A stretch of 64,000 nucleotides of DNA from Candidatus Margulisiibacteriota bacterium (lineage in GTDB: Bacteria > Margulisbacteria > Marinamargulisbacteria > JBFWNS01), in NCBI GenBank assembly GCA_050250935.1, contig JBFWNS010000003.1, positions 96,001 to 160,000 of the forward strand, written 5' to 3'. Below are positions 48,879 through 58,945 of the stretch, piece after piece. The first letter of the stretch is position 1. Every line of letters starts with the position of its first letter. Both the position numbers and the translations under genes were made by a program. The notes beneath the pieces are model-generated. The model saw nothing but the letters and a program-made list of their open reading frames with translations. It searched no databases and was not told the DNA's origin.

Positions 48879-49739
48879 TTACTGCAGTGCCCAGGCAATA
48901 CTGGTCAGGGCTGTGAAGAGCAACAACAATTGCCCTGTTCTGGCCAACGCTTGGTTCAAAATAGCCCCTTCTTGTCGCCAAACCCAGTTCAAAATGGGAA
49001 GGGCGGGGATCAGGGTTAAAAGCGGTAGCGCATGAACGGGGGTTGGATGGATCAAAAAAGGAATGGCGCTGCCCAGAACCAAGGCCAGGGTGATTTCGAG
49101 TCTTGCTGTCCTTTTTCCGAATCGCACAGCCAGGGTTTTTTTATGGGCTATACGGTCTTGTTGGAGGTCTCGAAGGTTATTAATCGCCAAAATAGCCACT
49201 GAAAATAGGCCTGGGGCCAATCCTAAAAGCCAAGCTTCGGGGCTCCATGAACCGCTTTGAACATACACAGTCCCGGCAACGGCAATCGGGCCAAAGAAAA
49301 TCAGGACAAACAAATCTCCCAATCCCATATAGGCCAGGGGGAAGGGGCCGCCGGTGTACAAAATTCCACAGACAATGGACAGCAGGCCAATCATTAAAAT
49401 GGGGAGTCCGCCCACTGCAACCAAATACAAACCAAAGCAAGCTGCGATTCCAAAGGCAGCAATAAAGGCGTTTTTCATGTGCTGGGGCTTGATGAGTCCC
49501 GCTTGGGTGGCCCGGGTTGGGCCGATGCGATCGGCGGTGTCGGCGCCTTTGATAAAGTCAAAATAGTCGTTGGCAAAATTGGTGCCAATTTGAATAAACA
49601 GTGCAGCCAACGCGGCGGCCAACCAAGGCCAAAGCGCAAAAACATGGTGGTGCCAGGCCAGGATACCGCCAAGAATAACCGGGCAAATTCCTGCCCAAAG
49701 GGTTTTGGGTCGACAGGCTAAGAGTAGGGGGTGAATCAT
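48879..49739 (-). CDS. menA: 1,4-dihydroxy-2-naphthoate polyprenyltransferase
   Basis: RPKTL, NFANDYFDFIKGAD, YTGGPFPL, NNLRDLQQDRIAHKKTLAV. Confidence 0.96.
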   Translation of the reverse strand: MIHPLLLACRPKTLWAGICPVILGGILAWHHHVFALWPWLAAALAALFIQIGTNFANDYFDFIKGADTADRIGPTRATQAGLIKPQHMKNAFIAAFGIAACFGLYLVAVGGLPILMIGLLSIVCGILYTGGPFPLAYMGLGDLFVLIFFGPIAVAGTVYVQSGSWSPEAWLLGLAPGLFSVAILAINNLRDLQQDRIAHKKTLAVRFGKRTARLEITLALVLGSAIPFLIHPTPVHALPLLTLIPALPILNWVWRQEGAILNQALARTGQLLLLFTALTSIAWALQ

Positions 49740-49745
49740 GGTCCT

Positions 49746-49774
49746 AGTGTACTGGGTGGTTACCAGCCTCTCAA
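49746..49774 (-). promoter_or_regulatory. Sigma70-type promoter for menA-menC-menE, probably leaderless
   Basis: TTGAGA-N17-TACACT, with 6 nt between the -10 box and the ATG. Confidence 0.6.
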
Positions 49775-49793
49775 GGGGATGTTAAACTTGGCT

Positions 49794-51305
49794 ATGCCAA
49801 ACCAGTATGTGGATAAGATTTTGAAGGCCCATGTTTATGATGTGGCCAAAGAAACGCCTTTGGATTTTGCACCGGTTTTATCAACCCGATTGGACAACAA
49901 GGTGTTTCTTAAAAGGGAAGATTTACAGCCTGTTTTTTCGTTTAAACTCCGAGGTGCTTATAACAAAATGGCCAGTTTAACCGAAGCTCAAAAAAAGCAG
50001 GGTGTCATCGCAGCCTCTGCAGGGAACCATGCCCAAGGTGTGGCTTTGGCGGCCCAAAAACTAGGCGTTCATGCGTTGATTGTAATGCCCAAAACGTCGC
50101 CGCCGATCAAAGTAAAAGCGGTGCAACGGTTTGGGGCCAAAACCGAATTGGTAGGGGATACCTTTGACGAAGCCTATGCCCATGCCATGGCCTTGGCCAA
50201 AGAAAAAAACTTTGTGTTTATTCCTCCCTACGATGATCCTGAAATCATTGCTGGCCAGGGTACCGTTGCCATGGAAATTTTAAAACAACACCCTGATCCC
50301 ATCGATGCCATTTTTGTCCCGGTTGGTGGCGGTGGTCTGATTGCCGGTATTTCGGCCTATGTTAAATATGTCAGACCCGAAATTAGGGTGATTGGTGTTG
50401 AACCAGTCGATGCGGCTTGTTTGTATGAAGCCTTAAAACACAACAAGCGTGTGGCCTTGGATCAGGTTGGCTTATTTGCCGATGGGGTTGCCGTTAGACA
50501 AATTGGCGAAGAACCGTTTCGGGTTGCCAAGCAATGCGTCGACGAAGTGATTTTGGTCAGTTCCGATGAAATCTGTGCCGCAGTGAAGGACATTTTTGAC
50601 AATACCCGATCCATTGCCGAACCTTCGGGAGCTGTGGCTTTGGCCGGTCTTAAAAAATACGTTCATCGCGATAAATTGGCTGGCAAAACCCTGGTGGCCA
50701 TCGACAGTGGGGCCAACGTGAATTTTGACAGGTTGCGCCACATTGCCGAGCGGGCCGAGTTGGGCGAACGTCGCGAGGCCCTTTTGGCTGTTACCATTGC
50801 CGAAAAGCCAGGTAGTTTTCGATCGTTTTGCAAAACCTTGGGAAAACGAGCTTTAACCGAATTTAATTATCGGCTCTCGGATCCGGGTAATGCCTATGTG
50901 TTTGTCGGGGTTGAATTGTCCAAAGGAGATGTGGAAAAAGATGCGATTGTTCAGGCTTTGGAAGCGGCCGACTATCCCGTCTTGGATATGACGGACAACG
51001 AAATGGCCAAACTGCACATTCGACACATGGTGGGAGGACGTATTCCGGTTCAAGACGAGAGATTGTTTCGGTTTGAGTTTCCAGAACGCCCGGGCGCCTT
51101 GCTGAACTTTTTGAATCATTTGGGACAGAACTGGAACATCAGCTTGTTCCATTATCGCAATCAAGGGGCTGCCTATGGCCGTGTTTTGGTGGGCATTCAA
51201 GTGCCGGCCAAAGACAACCCCCATTTCGAAACTTTTTTAAAAAATCTGGCCTATCCCTTTACCGAAGAAAGCGATAACCCAGCCTACGCTATTTTTCTGA
51301 AATAG
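49794..51305 (+). CDS. ilvA: Threonine ammonia-lyase, biosynthetic
   Basis: KREDLQPVFSFKLRGA, SAGNHAQG, PVGGGGL, and C-terminal regulatory domains (FPERPGAL). Confidence 0.97.
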   Translation: MPNQYVDKILKAHVYDVAKETPLDFAPVLSTRLDNKVFLKREDLQPVFSFKLRGAYNKMASLTEAQKKQGVIAASAGNHAQGVALAAQKLGVHALIVMPKTSPPIKVKAVQRFGAKTELVGDTFDEAYAHAMALAKEKNFVFIPPYDDPEIIAGQGTVAMEILKQHPDPIDAIFVPVGGGGLIAGISAYVKYVRPEIRVIGVEPVDAACLYEALKHNKRVALDQVGLFADGVAVRQIGEEPFRVAKQCVDEVILVSSDEICAAVKDIFDNTRSIAEPSGAVALAGLKKYVHRDKLAGKTLVAIDSGANVNFDRLRHIAERAELGERREALLAVTIAEKPGSFRSFCKTLGKRALTEFNYRLSDPGNAYVFVGVELSKGDVEKDAIVQALEAADYPVLDMTDNEMAKLHIRHMVGGRIPVQDERLFRFEFPERPGALLNFLNHLGQNWNISLFHYRNQGAAYGRVLVGIQVPAKDNPHFETFLKNLAYPFTEESDNPAYAIFLK

Positions 51306-51308
51306 CAG

Positions 51309-52655
51309 CTAAAACAGCCCTGTTTTTTTCAGTAACGATGTGGCTTGGTCGGGGGTTGGGGCTTCTGCGAAAATTCGGACAATGGGCTCTGTATTGGAGG
51401 CTCGAATTTGAACCCAAGCTTTGTCGAAGCTGAACTTTAGGCCATCTTGTCGGTCGATGGTCGCCGGTTCTGCGGCCAGGTTGGCTTCTACTTTGGCAAT
51501 CAGGGTTTTGACTTGATCCATGGTTTCTACAGCAACTTTTTCCCGAAGCAGGGTATAGGCGGGATAGGTGCCCACAATGTCGGAAACCGTTTTTTGAGAG
51601 GTTGCCAGATAGCTGAGGGCCACAACCATGCCGGTTAAACTGTCTCTGCCCCAGCCAACTTTGGGGAAAATAACCCCGCCGTTGCCTTCGCCACCAACTG
51701 GGGCTTGAAGGTCTCGAATGCCTTGGGTGACGTTGGTTTCGCCGATTTTGGTATAGTGAACACTAGCCCCGTGTCGTTTTGCGATGGCTTCGATCACCAA
51801 AGAAGTGGACAGGTTCACCACCACTTTTTTGGGTTCGGTGGTCAGGGTATTCAGCAAATAGTCGACGCAAAAACCCAGGGAATAATCTTCCCCAATAAAG
51901 CGTCCTTTTTCATCCAAAATCACCAACCGATCGGCGTCGGCGTCTTGGATAAACCCGATGTCGTAGCGTCCAGATTGGGCTTGATCCAGAATTTGGCCCA
52001 GGTTTTTTTGAAGGGGTTCGGGGTCGTGGGCAAACAGACCGTTGCCTTCGGCATTGATGATGGTTGCTTTAACCTTTAGCTTTTCGAATAGAATCGGATT
52101 GGCCAAGCATCCGGTGCCGTTGTTGGGGTCCACAATCGCGCTAAGGCCTGCCTCTTGGATGGGTTTGGGGTCGATGATCGAGAGAATGTGGTCGATGTGT
52201 TTTTCCAAGGCTGTTGTGTCCACGGATACACTGCCCACGGCTGTCCACGGTTGGAAGGTGCTGGGTTGTTTGGCAATCGCTTGGAAAGCCTCGTATTCGG
52301 TGGGTGTCAAAAAAGAGCCGGAATGGTTCATCAACTTTATCCCATTCCAAATGGCGGGATTATGCGATGCTGTAATGATGACGCCGCCTTGGGCCGAATA
52401 GTGGCGGATCATTTGTTGGACGGTTGGGGTGGGGACTTTGCCAATGTCGATCACCTTGCAGCCAACCGCAGTTAACCCGGCAATGACGGCACTTTTGTAG
52501 ACATCATGCGAGGTTCGGGTGTCGCCACCGACAATCAGGGTTCCGCCAGCCAAATAGCGGCCAAAAGCAATGCCTGTTTCCAAGGCAACTTGTGGGGTTA
52601 AGGTGTCCCCAACCACCCCGCGAATACCGGAAATGGACTCGATGAGTTTGGACAT
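51309..52655 (-). CDS. Phosphohexomutase (phosphoglucosamine mutase/phosphomannomutase family)
   Basis: SGIRG, ITASHNP, DADADR, GGEGNG, RASNTEP. Confidence 0.93.
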   Translation of the reverse strand: MSKLIESISGIRGVVGDTLTPQVALETGIAFGRYLAGGTLIVGGDTRTSHDVYKSAVIAGLTAVGCKVIDIGKVPTPTVQQMIRHYSAQGGVIITASHNPAIWNGIKLMNHSGSFLTPTEYEAFQAIAKQPSTFQPWTAVGSVSVDTTALEKHIDHILSIIDPKPIQEAGLSAIVDPNNGTGCLANPILFEKLKVKATIINAEGNGLFAHDPEPLQKNLGQILDQAQSGRYDIGFIQDADADRLVILDEKGRFIGEDYSLGFCVDYLLNTLTTEPKKVVVNLSTSLVIEAIAKRHGASVHYTKIGETNVTQGIRDLQAPVGGEGNGGVIFPKVGWGRDSLTGMVVALSYLATSQKTVSDIVGTYPAYTLLREKVAVETMDQVKTLIAKVEANLAAEPATIDRQDGLKFSFDKAWVQIRASNTEPIVRIFAEAPTPDQATSLLKKTGLF

Positions 52656-52664
52656 GGCTTTTCC

Positions 52665-53069
52665 TTAGTTTCTAAAAAAGTTTTGAATTTCGCGGGTGGC
52701 GCTTTCTGGACTGTCCGAGGCGTGGATAATGTTTAAAGAAATATGGCTTCCAAAATCCCCACGAATACTGCCAGGTTGCGCTTCGAGTGGGTTGGTGGGC
52801 CCAACCATGGTTCGAACAGCGGCAATCACATTGTCCCCTTCAATAATCATGGCAACAATAGGTCCCGAGGTTAAATGGGCTTTTAAGCCAGGGTAAAAGG
52901 GTTTTTGTAGGTGTTCATAATAATGCAGATCCGCCATGGCGTCGGTCATGGTTAGCATTTCCAAGGCGGCGACTTTAAAACCCTTGTCTTCGAATCGACT
53001 AACGATGCGTCCGGTAAGGCCGCGGGCAACCCCTTCGGGTTTAATAAATACCAATGTTTGTTCTACCAT
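52665..53069 (-). CDS. ndk: Nucleoside diphosphate kinase
   Basis: IKPEG, SGPIVAM, PGSIRGDF, NIIHASDS. Confidence 0.97.
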   Translation of the reverse strand: MVEQTLVFIKPEGVARGLTGRIVSRFEDKGFKVAALEMLTMTDAMADLHYYEHLQKPFYPGLKAHLTSGPIVAMIIEGDNVIAAVRTMVGPTNPLEAQPGSIRGDFGSHISLNIIHASDSPESATREIQNFFRN

Positions 53070-54439
53070 CCAAATTGCTCCTTAAGTCTGTTCAGTTGAA
53101 ATTGCACCTGTGTAAAGGCGGTTGCGCCATAGCCATTTTTACTGGCAATAGCGGCTTCTAAATTAAAAATGCCCATCACATCGTTCTCGATGGTGGGGGC
53201 AAGGGTTTTGAGCTCTTCGAAGCTGAGGTCTTCGAGGGTTTTGTTCTGCTCGACCGCATACTGAACCACGTGTCCCGTAATTTCGTGGGCGTCTCGGAAG
53301 GGGGTCCCTTTTTTGACCAAATAGTCGGCAAAATCGGTGGCCAAGCTATAGCCTGCAGAGGCCGCTTGTCGAAGCTTTTGGGTATCGAATTGGACGGTTT
53401 TCAGCATGGCACTGAGGCATTCCAGAGAATCCGATACCGTGTCAAACGCATCAAACAAAAGGGGTTTGTCTTCTTGAAGGTCCCGGTTATAGGTTAAAGG
53501 CAAACTTTTGATGATGTGGGTTAGGGCCGTCAAATTCCCCAGAACACGACCTGATTTTCCCCGAATCAATTCGGCGATGTCGGGGTTTTTCTTTTGGGGC
53601 ATAATCGAGCTGCCGGTGGTGAATTCGTCGCCAATGTCGATGAAGCCCATAATGGGGGAACTCCACAAAATTAGCTCTTCACAAAGCCGGGTTAAATGCG
53701 TCATGCAAACAGAAGCGGCACCCATAAAATCGAGCATAAAATCGCGGTCGGCCACGGCATCCATGCTGTTGTGGGAGAGGCTTGAAAAACCCAGTTCTCG
53801 GGCCACAAACTGGCGGTCCAAACCATAGTTGTTGCCGGCCAATGCCCCAGCACCCAGGGTGCAGACATCGGCACTGTCGTGGGCGGCTTTAAATCGGGTT
53901 AAGTCTCGGTTTAACATTTCGACATAGGCCAACAAATGATGGGCAAGCACCACAGGTTGAGCCGTTTGAAAATGGGTAAACCCGGGCATGATGGCGTCTT
54001 TGTAATTGCTGGCCAATTGCCAAAGGGTATGAATGGCGGTTTTCAAATTGGCCATTACGGTTAAGGATGCATGCTTAACAAACAGCCTGCTATCGGTAAT
54101 AACTTGATCGTTTCGGGATTTTCCGGTGTGAATTTTTTTGCCCAAATCGCCCAAGGTTTCGGTTAAATTGCGTTCGATGCAGCTGTGAATGTCTTCGTCG
54201 TTTTTAAACAAAGTGGGGTCTTGGTTGTCGAATCGGGTTTTGAGGGCGTCAATGGCTGTTTCCAAATGACCGATTTCATCGTCGGTCAAAAACCCTGCTT
54301 GGTGCAAGGATTTGGCATGGGCCAGATTCAAGGCCAAATCGTAAGGATAAAGTCGAGAATCGATGGTAAACGAATAACTGAAGGCTACAGCACGAGCATC
54401 CAACGGTTTTTTAAAACGACCTCCCCACAAATTAGCCAT
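53063..54439 (-). CDS. argH: Argininosuccinate lyase
   Basis: LWGGRF, HTGKSRNDQV, GSSIMPQKKNPD, YNRDLQEDK. Confidence 0.97.
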   Translation of the reverse strand: MANLWGGRFKKPLDARAVAFSYSFTIDSRLYPYDLALNLAHAKSLHQAGFLTDDEIGHLETAIDALKTRFDNQDPTLFKNDEDIHSCIERNLTETLGDLGKKIHTGKSRNDQVITDSRLFVKHASLTVMANLKTAIHTLWQLASNYKDAIMPGFTHFQTAQPVVLAHHLLAYVEMLNRDLTRFKAAHDSADVCTLGAGALAGNNYGLDRQFVARELGFSSLSHNSMDAVADRDFMLDFMGAASVCMTHLTRLCEELILWSSPIMGFIDIGDEFTTGSSIMPQKKNPDIAELIRGKSGRVLGNLTALTHIIKSLPLTYNRDLQEDKPLLFDAFDTVSDSLECLSAMLKTVQFDTQKLRQAASAGYSLATDFADYLVKKGTPFRDAHEITGHVVQYAVEQNKTLEDLSFEELKTLAPTIENDVMGIFNLEAAIASKNGYGATAFTQVQFQLNRLKEQFGW

Positions 54440-55634
54440 GGTGTTGTACCTGAGAGGCTACTTTTTGAGGTAGACCCCACAATCTGCAGAAGGCTTCGCC
54501 GTCACCGTGATTGAAGGTGTCTTCTTTGTCGTAGGTGGCCAAGTGTTTGTTGTACAGCGAGTAGTCGGATTTTCGGCCCACGGGCGTGCAATTGCCTTTG
54601 TAGAGCTCCAAACGAATGGTGCCCGATACATAGGCTTGGGTTGCGTTCATAAAGGCGTCCAAATGAGACCGTAATGGCGAGAACCATTGGCCGTTGTAGA
54701 TCAGGCGCGAATAGGTTTGAGACAAGGTGTCTTTTAGGGCAATGGTGTCTCGGTCTAACACCATATTTTCTAGCTCGCGGTGGGCCAGATACAGCACTGT
54801 ACCGCCTGGGCACTCGTAGACTTCCCGGGATTTGATACCGACCAATCGGTCTTCGATTAAATCCACCAAGCCAATGCCGTGTTTGCCTGCGATGGTGTTG
54901 AGCTTGGCAATCAAATCTACACGAGAGAGCTTTTCGCCATTCACGGCTACGGGCAAGCCTTGTTCGAAAGTGATTTCCACAGATTCTGTTTGATCTGGGG
55001 CTTCTTGGGGTAGGGTGGTCATAGAATAGATTTCTGCTGGGGGTTTTTCCCAAGGATCTTCCAAAATGCCACATTCGATGGCGCAACCCCAGAGGTTAAT
55101 GTCGATGGAAAAGGGCTTTGCTTTCGAGGCCACAACGGGAATGTTTTTGGCCATGGCATAGTCGATTTCTTCTTCTCTGGACTTGAATTCCCATTCGCGA
55201 ACGGGGGCAATGATTTTGAGTCCTGGGGCTTTGGCCATAAAGGTTAAATCGAAGCGAACTTGGTCGTTGCCTTTTCCGGTACAGCCGTGGGCCAGGGCAT
55301 CGGCACCTTTGGCCAGTGCAACCGCTGCCATTTTTTCGGCAATCAAGGGGCGTCCCAGTGCGGTTGCGAGGAGGTATTTGTTTTCATAAAGGGCATTGGC
55401 TTTGAGGGCTGGATAGATAAAATCTTTAATGAAGGTGTCTTTTAAATCCTCAACAATAATTTCGGATGCGCCAGACTTAAGGGCTTTGGCTTTGAGAGCC
55501 TCGAAATCTTCGCCTTGGCCAAGGTCTGCTGCAAACGCGATAATTTCGCAGCCATATTTGTCTTTGATCCAGGGAATACACACCGAGGTATCAAGGCCGC
55601 CAGAATAGGCAAGAACAACTTTTTTAATCGACAT
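54432..55634 (-). CDS. argG: Argininosuccinate synthase
   Basis: LAYSGGLDTS, HGCTGKGNDQVRF, GIKSREVYE. Confidence 0.97.
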   Translation of the reverse strand: MSIKKVVLAYSGGLDTSVCIPWIKDKYGCEIIAFAADLGQGEDFEALKAKALKSGASEIIVEDLKDTFIKDFIYPALKANALYENKYLLATALGRPLIAEKMAAVALAKGADALAHGCTGKGNDQVRFDLTFMAKAPGLKIIAPVREWEFKSREEEIDYAMAKNIPVVASKAKPFSIDINLWGCAIECGILEDPWEKPPAEIYSMTTLPQEAPDQTESVEITFEQGLPVAVNGEKLSRVDLIAKLNTIAGKHGIGLVDLIEDRLVGIKSREVYECPGGTVLYLAHRELENMVLDRDTIALKDTLSQTYSRLIYNGQWFSPLRSHLDAFMNATQAYVSGTIRLELYKGNCTPVGRKSDYSLYNKHLATYDKEDTFNHGDGEAFCRLWGLPQKVASQVQHHG

Positions 55635-55710
55635 AACAGGGAATCTCCAAGCATAAAAAGATGGTAAGGTTCGGGTTCAAAGAATAGCAAAAAGTAGGGT
55701 TTAGGGGAAG

Positions 55711-56931
55711 CTAGCTTAGCTTGGATGCGTAAACCTTGGTTTTGGAAAAAATCCCTTTGAAATAAGGCAACACCAAAAAGGCTTCCTGGTTTTTTTGATC
55801 CCAGTCCTGTCCCGTTAAGGTTCGAATCCAAATGGGGGTGTGGTGATGGTGTTCTTGGGTTGGGGTTAAAAAGACAATTTCCTCAAGATTCAACGTTGCG
55901 AGTGGGCGTTTGACCTGAACCGTTATTTGCTTGTTTTTGATGACATCCACCACCTCGCCCATTAACAAAGCGTCGTCGATGGGAATGGGTTTTTGTCGAA
56001 TTTGATCGGTTTGATTGGCCTTAAAAAATCCAGGGCGCAGTGGTCGGTTGGCTATGGTTTCCAATTGTTCTTTTAAAGATGCATTGGGCTCCCAAGTGTT
56101 GGGGCTAAGCTGCCAACGGTCGTGTTCAATGCGGTAGGCGTTTAGGGCTGTTTCCAAATAAGCCAAGGATTCGCCTCTGGCGTCCACCAACCATCTTTGG
56201 AGGGGTAGTTGACTTAGGGTGTCAATTTGTCCAATCAAGCACCGGTCAAAATACAAAAACATAAAATGGCCATGGGGATTGTCGTAAAAGGGAAAGGCAC
56301 GGCCGGGATAGTCCAGATCTTCGGCCAAAGCGCGAAGGGTTTCTGGGGTATCGGCATCGATGGGTTTTTCCCCCCTAAGCGGTTGAAAGCCAGCCATGTA
56401 TCGGCGATTGGAATATTGAATCAGCATGGGGCCATGAACTTGAACTTCCAAATGGCAGGCTAAAGGGGGAAGGGCTGCAATGGCTTTGGCTGGCTGTTCG
56501 TTGGTTAGGACCAGGGTTTGAACCTGCTTTGCATAATGTCCGAGGCTTTCGATGTTGTTGTTTCCCGTTTCCGTGGCCAAATCGATTTTAAAGGAGGGGT
56601 GATGGCGCTGAACGTAGGTCATCACACCAATGTCTTGAACCCGAACAGTCGAAATGCTTGCTTTTTGGGCTGTTTGAAGCGCTTGGTCGATGGAGCCAAA
56701 ATGCCGGTTATGGGCCATCAGGTCGATGTTAATGGCCAAATCGACTTCGGGATGCTGGGCACGAGCGATGTTTGCAAGATCCAGGAATTTGTCGAAGTTG
56801 GGGCAGGCAAAATCGTTGTGGAAGCTGCGAACCGAAACCTTGGAATCTTCCAAAATAAGGTGGGTGGCTCCCGATGCCAAGGCAACCTGGAGGGTTTCTT
56901 GAGTGTTACAAAAGGTCGACAGTTGGATCAC
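55711..56931 (-). CDS. U32 peptidase-family protein (RNA-hydroxylase-like), Cys-poor variant
   Basis: VQDIG, TGNNN, LEVQVHGPMLIQYS.R, VDAR; C-terminal beta domain. Confidence 0.75.
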   Translation of the reverse strand: MIQLSTFCNTQETLQVALASGATHLILEDSKVSVRSFHNDFACPNFDKFLDLANIARAQHPEVDLAINIDLMAHNRHFGSIDQALQTAQKASISTVRVQDIGVMTYVQRHHPSFKIDLATETGNNNIESLGHYAKQVQTLVLTNEQPAKAIAALPPLACHLEVQVHGPMLIQYSNRRYMAGFQPLRGEKPIDADTPETLRALAEDLDYPGRAFPFYDNPHGHFMFLYFDRCLIGQIDTLSQLPLQRWLVDARGESLAYLETALNAYRIEHDRWQLSPNTWEPNASLKEQLETIANRPLRPGFFKANQTDQIRQKPIPIDDALLMGEVVDVIKNKQITVQVKRPLATLNLEEIVFLTPTQEHHHHTPIWIRTLTGQDWDQKNQEAFLVLPYFKGIFSKTKVYASKLS

Positions 56932-56932
56932 G

Positions 56933-58177
56933 CTAGCGAATTTGTCCTTGGCCTTCTACGATGTATTTGTAGGTTGTCATTTCGGTGATGCCCATAGGGC
57001 CTCGGGCATGAAGTTTTTGGGTGGAAATCCCAATTTCTGCGCCAAATCCAAATTCCCCGCCATCGGTAAAACGAGTCGAGGCATTCACCATGACGGCCGC
57101 TGCATCCACTTGGTTTTTAAACTGCTCAATGCTGTCCAAATTTTTGCTTAAAATGGCTTCGGTGTGTCGGGTGCCATAGCGGTCGATGTGGGCAATAGCC
57201 TTGTTTACCGAATCCACGATTTTGATGGCAATGATCAGGTCCAAATATTCGGTTTTCCAGTCCTCTTCTGTGGCGGGTTCAAGACTAACATCCAAGGCTC
57301 GGCTGCGGTCGCAGGCACGAATGGTAACACCTTGTTCTTTGAGTGCCGCAACCAATGTGGGTAAAAATCGAGAGGCAATGCTTTGGTGAATCAAGACCGT
57401 TTCCAAGGCATTGCAAACCGAAGGGCGTTGGGTTTTTCCGTTCAAAACGATGGCAATGGCCTTTTCAAGGTCGGCCGATTCATCAACATAAACGTGGCAA
57501 TTGCCGACGCCGGTTTCAATCACGGGTACTGTGGCTTGCTTGATTACGTTTTGAATCAAATCTGCGCCGCCTCTGGGAATAATCACATCCAAAAGCCCAT
57601 TCATGCGGGAAAATTCCACCACACTTTCCCGGCGGGTGTCTTCGAGTAATTGTAAACAATCGGGATTGATGCCAGTTTCAAACAAGGCCGATCGCAATGC
57701 ATCGACAATGGCCCGGTTCGAGCGATAGGCAGTGGAACTGCCACGAAGAACGGCAGCGTTATTGGTTTTAAGGGTCAGCGCGGCGGCATCGGCTGTTACA
57801 TTGGGACGGGCTTCGTAAATCATGCCAACAACGCCCATTGGAACCCGGACTTTTAAGATTTGTAATCCGTTGGGTCGTTTCCATCCCCCCATGATTTCGC
57901 CAATGGGATCGGGTAAGTCGCGAATGTCCAAAATGCTGTCTGCAATGGCTTTTAGGCGGCTGGGGTTCAGCATTAATCGGTCTAATAAAGCCTCGGAGTG
58001 GCCTTTGGATTTCCCCTCTTCAATATCGAGGTTGTTGGCCAATAAAATGGCTTCTTGGTGCTCCAAAAGGGCTGCGGCCATGGCGGTTAATCCAGCTTCT
58101 TTTTGGTTGGCACCCAAGCTTCGAAGGGATTTTGAGGCTTCAAAGGCCAGCTGACATTGTTCCAAAACGGTTTTCAT
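56933..58177 (-). CDS. proA: Gamma-glutamyl phosphate reductase
   Basis: IYEARPNVT, IPRGG, GNCH, CNALET, NASTRFTDGGEFG, HARGP. Confidence 0.97.
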   Translation of the reverse strand: MKTVLEQCQLAFEASKSLRSLGANQKEAGLTAMAAALLEHQEAILLANNLDIEEGKSKGHSEALLDRLMLNPSRLKAIADSILDIRDLPDPIGEIMGGWKRPNGLQILKVRVPMGVVGMIYEARPNVTADAAALTLKTNNAAVLRGSSTAYRSNRAIVDALRSALFETGINPDCLQLLEDTRRESVVEFSRMNGLLDVIIPRGGADLIQNVIKQATVPVIETGVGNCHVYVDESADLEKAIAIVLNGKTQRPSVCNALETVLIHQSIASRFLPTLVAALKEQGVTIRACDRSRALDVSLEPATEEDWKTEYLDLIIAIKIVDSVNKAIAHIDRYGTRHTEAILSKNLDSIEQFKNQVDAAAVMVNASTRFTDGGEFGFGAEIGISTQKLHARGPMGITEMTTYKYIVEGQGQIR

Positions 58178-58935
58178 GAGCGTAAAATCCTTGTTCCAGT
58201 GGGTTTTCCAGCGAAGATGTCGGCAATAACCGTGGCGTTTCGGCCATTGGCAATATAGACCTCGATACCTGCATCGGTGGCGTCTTTGGCCGATTTCAGT
58301 TTAGAGGTCATGCCGCCGCGGCTTCGGCCATTGGAAACATCTTCGGCCAATTTTAGGGTGTTGGGACCAATTTTTAGTTCGGGCAATAGGGTTGCTTTGG
58401 CATCGAGTTTGGGATTGCTGCTAAACACCCCATCAATGTCGGTTAACAACAAGAGTCTTCCTGCTTGAATCAGCTTGGCAACCAAAGATGATAATTCGTC
58501 GTTGTCCCCAAATTTGGCTCCGATTTCGTCGGTGGCCACGCTGTCGTTTTCGTTGATGATGGGAATGACGTTGCACATCAGCAAGGTGTTGATGGTGTTG
58601 AGTGCGTTTTCTTTGGCGATGGGATGGGACAAGACATCTTTGGTTAGCAAAATCTGGCCCACTTCCAGCCCATGACGTCCAAAAAACTCAATGTATTCCC
58701 GCATCAAAAGCCCTTGGCCAACGGCGGCTGCGGCTTGTTTTTGGGGAATACTGGTGGCGCAAATGTGCATGCGTTCCGATCCACAGGTAATGGCCCCGGA
58801 GGTGACAACAATAAACCGATGACCGGCCTTGTGAAGTGCGGCGATTTGATCGATAAGACCTCGTAGATTGTTCAGATCCAATCGGCCTTCGTTGGTGGTT
58901 AGCAAGTTGGTTCCGATTTTGACGATGGTTAGCAT
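58174..58935 (-). CDS. proB: Glutamate 5-kinase (no PUA domain)
   Basis: IVKIGT, TSGA, AAVGQ, INEND, FGDNDELS, GGMTSK. Confidence 0.95.
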   Translation of the reverse strand: MLTIVKIGTNLLTTNEGRLDLNNLRGLIDQIAALHKAGHRFIVVTSGAITCGSERMHICATSIPQKQAAAAVGQGLLMREYIEFFGRHGLEVGQILLTKDVLSHPIAKENALNTINTLLMCNVIPIINENDSVATDEIGAKFGDNDELSSLVAKLIQAGRLLLLTDIDGVFSSNPKLDAKATLLPELKIGPNTLKLAEDVSNGRSRGGMTSKLKSAKDATDAGIEVYIANGRNATVIADIFAGKPTGTRILRS

Positions 58936-58945
58936 AAAGGGTCCT

